DNA from: Patescibacteria group bacterium UBA2196
GTDB taxonomy: Bacteria > Patescibacteriota > Patescibacteriia > UBA2196
Assembly: GCA_002328025.1 (NCBI GenBank)
Contig: DCVE01000014.1
Location: 69,882-133,881 of the forward strand
Direction of reading: 5' to 3'
Length of the DNA: 64,000 nucleotides
Below, one piece after another: positions 57,126-64,000 of the stretch (position 1 is the stretch's first letter; each line of letters opens with the position of its first letter). Position numbers and translations under genes: made by a program. The notes beneath the pieces were generated by a model that was not told the DNA's origin, did no database searches, and saw nothing but the letters and a program-made list of their open reading frames with translations.

Positions 57126-58908
57126 TTTTTATAAAGTGAAAGATAAATCTTTAGTTCATCAAAAAAAATGGCGTCTAAAGTCGCCATGCCCAAAAGAATT
57201 TATTGAAAATTTTCCCGCCTACAGTGGGATTGTTTTGCAATTACTTTACGATCGTGGTTTAGATACACAAGAAAAGATTGATGAGTTTTTTAATCCGGAT
57301 TATAGTCAAGGCATTCATGACCCGTTTTTATTTTTGGACATGCAAAAAGCCGTAACTCGTATTGAGGCTGCTATAAAAAATAAAGAAAAAATTTTAATTC
57401 ACGGCGATTATGACGCAGACGGCGTAACCGCCACTGTGGTTTTAGAAAAAACTTTAAAAAAGTTAGGTGCCAAAAATGTTTATTTTTTCATTCCACATCG
57501 CGACATTGATGGTTATGGATTAAGTATAAAAAACGCGGAAAACTTTATCGCTCAAGGAATAAATTTAGTCATTACTGTTGATTGTGGTATTACAAATTTT
57601 GAACCCATAAAATTCTTAAAAGAAAAAAATATTGATACCATAATTGTCGATCATCATTTGGAGCTGGAAAATTTACCAGACGCCTATGCAATTTTAAATT
57701 GTTCCCTAAAAAGAGAAATTTACCCTTATAAAAAATTAGCTGGTGTGGGGATGGTGTTTAAATTAGCTCAGGCACTATTTTTACAGCAAAAAGACCCCGA
57801 GCAGTACGCGGCTTTTGAAAAATGGCTCTTGGACTTAGTGACCATTGGTACCATTGGTGATGTTTCGCCAATTTTGGGTGAAAACAGAACTTTGGTCAAA
57901 TACGGTTTAATGGTTCTAAACAAAACACCACGCAGAGGTTTACAAGAATTAATTAGTGTTGCCAGTCTTTCAAGTGGTGAAGAATTAAAAGGCCTGCCTT
58001 TGGGTAGTGATTTATATAATTTAAATGTCCGTAATATCAGTTTTCAAATTGTGCCGCGTTTAAATGCTGCTGGCCGTATTGACCACGCCAGCTTGGCGTA
58101 TAATCTTTTAACCACCGAAGATGAGATGACTGCCATTGCCTTAGCTCAAGATATTCAAAATAAAAATCTTAAACGACAAAAAATTGCTGAACAGATGCTA
58201 ACAGAAGCTAAGCAACAGTTTGATAAAGTAAACGATAAAAATAAAATATTGATTGCTTGTCAAGAAAATTGGACGCCTGGTTTGGTTGGTTTGGTGGCCG
58301 GTAAACTTAAAGATGAATTTTTTCGACCAGTAATCTTGTTTGCTCGTCAAAAAGATGGTTATGTTGGTTCTGGACGCAGTATCAGTGAATTTAACATTAC
58401 TGAAGCCCTGCAAACCACCAGCGCTTTTTTAGAGCGTTTTGGAGGGCATTCGCAGGCCTGTGGGCTATCAATTAAAGGTGAAAAAAATTATCAAAATTTT
58501 TTAAAAAAAATAATTTTAGAAGCCAATAAAAAATTAGAAAACATTGATTTAAAACCAGCCATTGATGTTGATGTCGAAGTAAAACTGGCTGATCTAAACT
58601 GGGAACTTTATGATCAACTCGAGCAGTTTGAACCTTTTGCTGAAGCTAATCCTATGCCATTATTTTTAATTAAAAAACTAAAGATAGAGCAGGTAGAATT
58701 AGTTGGAAAAGATAATAAACATTTACGTTTTTATTTATCACAGAATAATTTGAGTCGCAAAGCCATTTCTTTTGGTATGGCTGAAGAATGGGGAGGTGTG
58801 TTAAAAATTGGCGATTTTATTGATGCAGTGGTAGAATTTGGAATTAATGAATGGAATGGTAATCGCGAGCTGCAACTAAAAATCATAGATATAAGAACAA
58901 ACTCTTAA
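57091..58908 (+). CDS. recJ: single-stranded-DNA-specific exonuclease RecJ
   Basis: DHH motifs (IHGDYDADGVTAT, ...VDHH) and DHHA1 (GGHSQACG). The track start overlaps the previous gene; the true start is probably an internal Met (e.g. near 57168). Confidence 0.8.
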   Translation: MILKKHWLNLFNFYKVKDKSLVHQKKWRLKSPCPKEFIENFPAYSGIVLQLLYDRGLDTQEKIDEFFNPDYSQGIHDPFLFLDMQKAVTRIEAAIKNKEKILIHGDYDADGVTATVVLEKTLKKLGAKNVYFFIPHRDIDGYGLSIKNAENFIAQGINLVITVDCGITNFEPIKFLKEKNIDTIIVDHHLELENLPDAYAILNCSLKREIYPYKKLAGVGMVFKLAQALFLQQKDPEQYAAFEKWLLDLVTIGTIGDVSPILGENRTLVKYGLMVLNKTPRRGLQELISVASLSSGEELKGLPLGSDLYNLNVRNISFQIVPRLNAAGRIDHASLAYNLLTTEDEMTAIALAQDIQNKNLKRQKIAEQMLTEAKQQFDKVNDKNKILIACQENWTPGLVGLVAGKLKDEFFRPVILFARQKDGYVGSGRSISEFNITEALQTTSAFLERFGGHSQACGLSIKGEKNYQNFLKKIILEANKKLENIDLKPAIDVDVEVKLADLNWELYDQLEQFEPFAEANPMPLFLIKKLKIEQVELVGKDNKHLRFYLSQNNLSRKAISFGMAEEWGGVLKIGDFIDAVVEFGINEWNGNRELQLKIIDIRTNS

Positions 58909-58913
58909 TCTTT

Positions 58914-59336
58914 ATGTACAAAAAAATAATAATTTTTACCGATGGGGGAGCCAGAAACAATCCAGGTCCAGCCGGGATTGGAGTGGTATTTTTTATTGCC
59001 GAAAATTTAACTAAACCCTTGGCAACTCATAAAAAATATATTGGTTTAACCACCAATAATCAAGCTGAATATAAAGCTGTGGTGTTGGCCTTAGAGGAAG
59101 CTAAAAAAATAAAAGCTCAGGAAATCGAAGTAAGACTTGATTCGGAATTGGTTTGCAATCAAATTAATGGTCAATTTAAATTAAAAAATAAAGATTTCCA
59201 GGATAGTTTTATTAAAATATGGAATTTAAGACAAGGCTTTAAAAAATCAATTTTTAAACATATTCCACGTGAACAAAATAAGTTAGCTGATAAACTGGTC
59301 AACCAAGCCATTGATGAAGCTAATATAAATTATTGA
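58914..59336 (+). CDS. rnhA: ribonuclease HI
   Basis: IIIFTDGGARNNPGPAGIGVV... DSELVCNQI matches the RNase H DEDD core. Confidence 0.85.
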   Translation: MYKKIIIFTDGGARNNPGPAGIGVVFFIAENLTKPLATHKKYIGLTTNNQAEYKAVVLALEEAKKIKAQEIEVRLDSELVCNQINGQFKLKNKDFQDSFIKIWNLRQGFKKSIFKHIPREQNKLADKLVNQAIDEANINY

Positions 59337-59388
59337 CAAAAAAATATATTCACTGTATTCTATACAATATTAATTTTTATTTATTTAT

Positions 59389-59859
59389 ATGTCTGGTAAA
59401 CAAACCTACATCACTCTTGAGGGTTTAGAAAGACTTAAACAAGAACTTATAACCCTAAAAAATACCAAGCGCAAAGACGTTCTTGAGCGTATTCAAATTG
59501 CCAAAGAATATGGCGATTTATCAGAAAATGCCGAATATACTGATGCTAGAGACGAACAAGCTTTTGTTGAGGGTCGTATTGCCGAACTGGAAGAATTCAT
59601 GAAAAATGCCATTATTATCAAAGAACAAAATAAAAATATTGGTGTTAATATTGGTAATATTGTAAAAATAAAGGACAAGAGTAATAAGACAGTCAAAGAA
59701 TATGAAATTGTTGGTTCACAAGAGTCCGATCCAATGTCTGGAAAAATATCAAACGAATCACCTTTAGGTAAGGCTTTTTTAGGCCACAAAGTTGGAGAAA
59801 CCATAACAGTTAGTTTGCCTAAAGGCGTGATAGAATATGAAATAGTTGAAATAAAATAA
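59389..59859 (+). CDS. greA: transcription elongation factor GreA
   Basis: N-terminal coiled coil with acidic tip (ITLEGLERLKQEL...DLSENAEY) and the C-terminal FKBP-like domain. Confidence 0.9.
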   Translation: MSGKQTYITLEGLERLKQELITLKNTKRKDVLERIQIAKEYGDLSENAEYTDARDEQAFVEGRIAELEEFMKNAIIIKEQNKNIGVNIGNIVKIKDKSNKTVKEYEIVGSQESDPMSGKISNESPLGKAFLGHKVGETITVSLPKGVIEYEIVEIK

Positions 59860-59873
59860 AATTTTAAACATAA

Positions 59874-59907
59874 AAATACAGGGACTTCCAACCTGTATTT
59901 TTATTTG
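59874..59907 (+). terminator. rho-independent terminator after greA
   Basis: Stem aaatacagg / cctgtattt (9 bp), 9-nt loop, then TTTTATTTG. Confidence 0.55.
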
Positions 59908-60017
59908 CCGTCTTTATCAAATAATATTATAATTTAGAGACGAAAAAAAAATTTAAATATTTTTTAAAAAGGTGGTATAATATATTTATCCACAGATTAA
60001 AATTAATTTAAAAAAAT

Positions 60018-61310
60018 ATGTCTAAAAAACTCTTTCTTTTCTCATTTGTGCTGGCCATAATATTTGCTGGCGCTCTACTTATCTCGAATGTTCACGCCGC
60101 TACTACTGTGGGCGCTAATATAAATACCGGTGGCACCCTGACCGTAACTGGCAATATTCTGCAAGGCGCCAATAGTGCTATTTATCAAAATGATTTGCAA
60201 GTCTTTGTGGCTAGTTCGACCAATTATTCTGTCTTAGTCGGGACAGAAGCAGGTAAGAATTTAACTAATACAGGCACGTACAATGTTTTTATGGGTTATC
60301 AGGCTGGTTATACTGCAACCAGTAGTGTGAATTCTAATGTGGCAATTGGTTATCAGTCCATGTATGACGCCGGCAGCAATGGTGGGTGGGATTATGCTTT
60401 AAGTAATGTAGCGATTGGTTACAAAAGTCTTCATTCTGGGGTGTATCCTTTTTCTAATGTTGCTATTGGATATGAATCAATGTATTCTAATACAACTGGT
60501 TATGAAAACACAGCGGTGGGCAGTTATTCATTGCATAGTAATATCACTGGTAATTATAATACAGTTGTTGGGGATTATGCTGGCCAAGGTATTACTACCG
60601 GCGAATATAATGTTGCTTTGGGTTATCAGAGTAATTATTATAATACCTCGGGTTCTGAAAATACAACGGTTGGTAGCGGTTCGTTTGGATATTCAACAGA
60701 AGGATCTTGGAATTCAATATTAGGTTCGTCCGCTTATAATAAAGCCGTTAGATCGTTTGCCAACACAGCGGTTGGTTATCAAGCTGGTTATGGTGGCTCT
60801 AGTCCTAGTAATGCTTCCAGTACCTGGATTGGTTACCAAGCTGGCAAAGCCGTGACCTCGGGTAGTAGTAATATTGGCGTTGGTTATAAAGCAGGTGATA
60901 ATCTTACTACTGGCTCAAATAATATTGTGATTGGCTATGATATTGACGCTCCTTCAGCTACTGGCTCGAACAACATGACCATTGGTAATATTTTATTTGG
61001 TCGAAATATTGATGGCACAGGCACTTCAATTTCGAGTGGGGCGATTGGTATTGCCACCACCACACCTGGCGGTTGGTACGGTGAAAGATTGACAGTTGTT
61101 GGTAATACCTATATCCGCGGTACAGCCACCACCACTGGTAATTTTATCATTGGTGATGGCAATCCTACGGCCACTTCGACATTAGAAATTGGTGATATAG
61201 ATACAGCCGGTTGTTTAAAAATTCGTGATGCTGACGCTGATGCTTGGACATACTGTTATACAGATGATGGCACACTGGTCTGCACCGCTACTGATGTTTG
61301 CGGCAAATAG
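60018..61310 (+). CDS. secreted beta-solenoid repeat protein with YadA-head (Hep_Hag)-like 17-residue repeats and a Cys-rich C-terminus
   Basis: Signal peptide, then at least 11 tandem units N-x-[AV]-[IVL]-G-Y-x-[AS]-x-x-x-x-x-[TS]-G-x-x (NVAIGYQSMY..., NVAIGYKSLH..., NTAVGSYSLH..., NTVVGDYAGQ..., NVALGYQSNY..., ...). Ends ...CLKIRDADADAWTYCYTDDGTLVCTATDVCGK. Confidence 0.55.
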   Translation: MSKKLFLFSFVLAIIFAGALLISNVHAATTVGANINTGGTLTVTGNILQGANSAIYQNDLQVFVASSTNYSVLVGTEAGKNLTNTGTYNVFMGYQAGYTATSSVNSNVAIGYQSMYDAGSNGGWDYALSNVAIGYKSLHSGVYPFSNVAIGYESMYSNTTGYENTAVGSYSLHSNITGNYNTVVGDYAGQGITTGEYNVALGYQSNYYNTSGSENTTVGSGSFGYSTEGSWNSILGSSAYNKAVRSFANTAVGYQAGYGGSSPSNASSTWIGYQAGKAVTSGSSNIGVGYKAGDNLTTGSNNIVIGYDIDAPSATGSNNMTIGNILFGRNIDGTGTSISSGAIGIATTTPGGWYGERLTVVGNTYIRGTATTTGNFIIGDGNPTATSTLEIGDIDTAGCLKIRDADADAWTYCYTDDGTLVCTATDVCGK

Positions 61311-61334
61311 TTAAAACAAATTATATTTTTAATT

Positions 61335-61370
61335 CCCCTTGTCTTGTTTGCAAGATAGGGGGTTTTGTTT
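61335..61370 (+). terminator. rho-independent terminator after the repeat-protein gene
   Basis: ccccttgtcttg-tttg-caagataggggg imperfect hairpin followed by TTTTGTTTT. Confidence 0.5.
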
Positions 61371-61384
61371 TATAATAACTGTAT

Positions 61385-62863
61385 ATGGAATACCAAAACG
61401 AATATCAAACAAGACAACAAAAATTAGCTAAAATTAAAGAGCTGGGCATTAATCCTTATCCAGCTAGGTTTGCTAAAAAAAATCAAGTTTCTGATATAAA
61501 AAATTTGACTGATGGAGGGAAAATAGTTACGGCTGGCCGGATTTTAACCATTCGTATCATGGGTAAATTAGCTTTTGCACATCTGCAAGATTGGTCTGGC
61601 AAGGCACAAGTGGCTATTAAATCTGATGAAGTTGGCGAAGAACAATTTAAATTATTTCAAGATTTGTTTGATATGGGGGATTTTATTGGGGTGACAGGCG
61701 AAGTTTTTACCACGCATAAAGGTGAAAAAACATTATTAGTTAAAAAATTTGAATTTTTAGGTAAAGCTTTAAGGCCTTTACCAGAAAAATGGCATGGACT
61801 TAAAGATGAAGAAGCTTGTTATCGCCAAAGATATTTAGATTTGATTGCCAGTGAGGAAACTCGCCAAAGATTTAAATTTAGAAGTAATTTTATCAAAGCA
61901 CTGCGGGAATTTTATTGGCAGGAAGGTTTTACTGAAGTGGAAACACAAACCTTGATGCATTCTCCCACAGGGGCTTCAGCCAAACCCTATAAAACTCATA
62001 ATAATGGGCTGGATATTGATGTCTTTTTGCGCATTTCTCTCGAGTTGCCCTTAAAAGAGTTAATCGTCGGCGGGTATGAAAAAGTTTTTGAATTGGGCAA
62101 AGTTTTTCGCAATGAAGGTTTTGATCCGTCACATTTGCCAGAACATATGAGTTTGGAGCATTACAGCGCCTATTGGAATTTTGAAGATAATATGACTTTT
62201 GCTGAAAAAATGTTTGATTATTTGTTTGCCACATTAAAATTAAATAAAAAAATAAATATTATTGGTAAAGATGGTAAAGAGAGAGAGGTCAATTTTCAGA
62301 CACCCTGGAAAAGAGTAGATTTTGTGGAAATGATCAAAAAAGATGCGGGTATTGATATTGAAAAAATAAAAGAAGTGAAGGAGCTAAAAAAAGAAATCAA
62401 GAATAAAAAAATAGAAATTGAAGAAATAGAACATATGGGTTATGGCAGTTTGGTGGATGCGCTTTTTAAGAAAATTTCTCGGTCAAATATTGTTGGGCCA
62501 GTATTTTTGTATAATTATCCAGTGGAACTGCAACCGCTGGCGAGGAGAAGTGATGTTGACCAAAGCAAAGTAGAACAGTTTCAATTACTAATAAATGGTT
62601 GGGAAATCGTCAAGGCGTATTCAGAGCTTGTTGATCCGGCCGATCAAGCGGAAAGATTTAAAGAACAAGCTGAAGCGGCCAAAAAAGGCGATGAAGAAGC
62701 CCAAGCTGGCGATGATGACTATATTTTGGCTATGGAATATGGTATGCCACCAATTTCCGGCTTTGGGTTGGGTGTGGAAAGATTAATTACGCTTTTGACT
62801 GGGCAGACCAATTTGCGGAATGTGGTTTTGTTTCCGTTGATGAGACCGCAAGAAAAAGTATAA
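61385..62863 (+). CDS. lysS: lysyl-tRNA synthetase (class II)
   Basis: N-terminal OB anticodon-binding domain (...RIMGKLAFAHLQD...) and class II motifs (motif 2 ...FRNEGFDPSHLPEH, motif 3 GFGLGVERL). Confidence 0.9.
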   Translation: MEYQNEYQTRQQKLAKIKELGINPYPARFAKKNQVSDIKNLTDGGKIVTAGRILTIRIMGKLAFAHLQDWSGKAQVAIKSDEVGEEQFKLFQDLFDMGDFIGVTGEVFTTHKGEKTLLVKKFEFLGKALRPLPEKWHGLKDEEACYRQRYLDLIASEETRQRFKFRSNFIKALREFYWQEGFTEVETQTLMHSPTGASAKPYKTHNNGLDIDVFLRISLELPLKELIVGGYEKVFELGKVFRNEGFDPSHLPEHMSLEHYSAYWNFEDNMTFAEKMFDYLFATLKLNKKINIIGKDGKEREVNFQTPWKRVDFVEMIKKDAGIDIEKIKEVKELKKEIKNKKIEIEEIEHMGYGSLVDALFKKISRSNIVGPVFLYNYPVELQPLARRSDVDQSKVEQFQLLINGWEIVKAYSELVDPADQAERFKEQAEAAKKGDEEAQAGDDDYILAMEYGMPPISGFGLGVERLITLLTGQTNLRNVVLFPLMRPQEKV

Positions 62864-62902
62864 CAAACAACAAATAACAAAGTATTTAAATAAATATTTT
62901 TT

Positions 62903-63385
62903 ATGTCACTTAATAAAGAAGAAATTAAAAAAAGAACTTTTATTTATTTTTTTATTTTTGGTTTAATACTTTTTTTAATCACCGTTTTTAACAATACGTT
63001 GTTTACTGAGCATGGCCCCAGACAAGGCGAGGTTGTAAGTACCTTTTTAACACCGATAGCTTTTTTTTTACTTAAAACCAATTTACCAGTTGTAGTAATT
63101 TTTTTAATATTACTTTTATCGTCTTTTATTATAGCTTCTGCACTGTGTTTAGTTCTTTTTATGATTTTTAAAGTTAAGATTGGTGAATTTTTTAAATTAA
63201 TTTTTATCGATTTTAAATCATTGTCTTTAATTAAAAAAATTAAAATAATAATTTTTGTATTATGCGGTTCTTACTTGGCATGGCTAATGTTTAACCTTTT
63301 TTTATACGATAGTTCCCCAAAATATTTAAACTCAATGAGTAATGGTTTTATAACCAGCTTAGAAAATATGGGCGTATTAAGATAG
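62903..63385 (+). CDS. hypothetical polytopic membrane protein
   Basis: 160 aa with about 4 hydrophobic helices. Extremely AT-rich. No motifs. Confidence 0.3.
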   Translation: MSLNKEEIKKRTFIYFFIFGLILFLITVFNNTLFTEHGPRQGEVVSTFLTPIAFFLLKTNLPVVVIFLILLLSSFIIASALCLVLFMIFKVKIGEFFKLIFIDFKSLSLIKKIKIIIFVLCGSYLAWLMFNLFLYDSSPKYLNSMSNGFITSLENMGVLR

Positions 63386-63390
63386 TTTTT

Positions 63391-63984
63391 ATGTTTTTAT
63401 CTGTTTTAAATATTTCTCGTGAGACGTGTTTGAAGCTAGTAGAAAAATATGTCAGTCCGGAAGGGCAGAAGCATTTGTTTAACGTGGAGGTGGCGATGAG
63501 GGCGCTGGCCAAATATTTTAATGAGATAAAGCCGGGAAGCGAAGACGAGCACACTTGGGCGATGTGTGGATTGTTACACGATATTGATTATGAACAAATT
63601 ACTGGTAAAGAAAATATGGAGGCACACATGCAAGAACATAGTGGACCGCTAACGCAAAAATTTTTGAAAGAAATAGATTTTCCAGATGATTTGATTCGCG
63701 CCATTCAATCGCACAATGAAGTGCAAAATATTCCGAGGGATTCACAATTGGCCAAAGCGTTATTTGCAGTTGATGGCTTGACGGGTTTTATTGTGGCCGT
63801 GTCTAAGGTCATGCCGGATAAAAAAGTGGCTTCAGTAAAAATTGAATCAGTTTTAAAAAGATTTAAAGAAGCGCGCTTTGCCGCGGCAGTGAATCGAGAA
63901 AACATTTTTACCTGCGAGAGTGAACTTGGGATTTCGAGGGAGAAGTTTGTGGAGATCGTTTTAGAGAGCATGAAGAAGATTTAA
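63391..63984 (+). CDS. HD-domain phosphohydrolase
   Basis: H...HD metal motif (...HTWAMCGLLHDIDYE...). GC and codon usage are noticeably higher than in the upstream neighbour. Confidence 0.55.
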   Translation: MFLSVLNISRETCLKLVEKYVSPEGQKHLFNVEVAMRALAKYFNEIKPGSEDEHTWAMCGLLHDIDYEQITGKENMEAHMQEHSGPLTQKFLKEIDFPDDLIRAIQSHNEVQNIPRDSQLAKALFAVDGLTGFIVAVSKVMPDKKVASVKIESVLKRFKEARFAAAVNRENIFTCESELGISREKFVEIVLESMKKI

Positions 63985-64000
63985 GATCTAAGAATTATTT

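Noticed and set aside
57091-57170. recJ start at 57091 overlapping the OFOR beta gene by 35 nt
   Set aside because: The first ~25 codons are not RecJ-like and overlap the upstream gene. The true start is probably an internal Met (e.g. MASKSPCPKEF... near 57168), so the exact start is left uncertain.
1-64000. CRISPR arrays, rRNA genes, transposases or integrases
   Set aside because: No regularly spaced direct repeats, no rRNA-like conserved stretches and no transposase or integrase motifs were seen on either strand. The two GC islands lack recognisable mobility genes.

Overview
This 64 kb window is AT-rich and densely packed with mostly plus-strand housekeeping genes. The compact proteins (196-aa EF-Ts, 224-aa HrcA) and near absence of Shine-Dalgarno sequences point to a reduced genome; CPR/Patescibacteria-like is an inference from style, not a measured classification. 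All family calls come from reading conserved motifs in the supplied translations. No database search or computation was run.

Recognisable content:
- **Translation and chaperones:** rplY, prfA-prmC, rpmE, rpsB-tsf, valS, lysS, and a CIRCE-controlled hrcA-grpE-hsp20-(Zn-ribbon)-dnaK-(DUF3467)-dnaJ heat-shock operon.
- **Secretion and envelope:** secD-secF, secA, mreBCD, PBP2, and FtsW/RodA (partial).
- **Glycan genes:** several glycosyltransferases and glycoside hydrolases.
- **Fermentation:** a pduL-ackA-2-oxoacid:ferredoxin oxidoreductase module.
- **Nucleic-acid maintenance:** recJ-rnhA-greA and rarA.
- **RNA:** one tRNA-Pro(CGG).

Observations worth a second look:
1. Two paralogous membrane-anchored TrwB/VirD4(TraG)-like P-loop ATPase modules bracket secDF. 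One is a single 856-aa fused protein; the other is split into a 470-aa membrane/N-module gene plus a 651-aa ATPase gene with a C-terminal zinc-ribbon extension.
2. Two GC-rich islands carry minus-strand genes with canonical GGAGG ribosome-binding sites that native genes lack. One sits beside tRNA-Pro and encodes a small secreted protein; the other encodes a DUF218-like protein. Both look horizontally acquired.
3. Two domain insertions sit in core proteins: an ASCH/YqfB-like domain inside ValRS, and a parvulin PPIase domain inside the periplasmic head of SecD.
4. A 45-aa metallothionein-like Cys-rich ORF lies just upstream of rarA.
5. A ~100-bp intergenic element occurs twice.
6. A G7 homopolymer frameshifts an MBL-hydrolase gene.
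7. Gene relics of an MFS transporter C-terminus and a GreA C-terminal domain are present.
8. A type IV pilin pair (one with a degenerate prepilin motif) and a YadA-head-like beta-solenoid repeat surface protein are present.

No CRISPR array, rRNA or clear transposase was seen.
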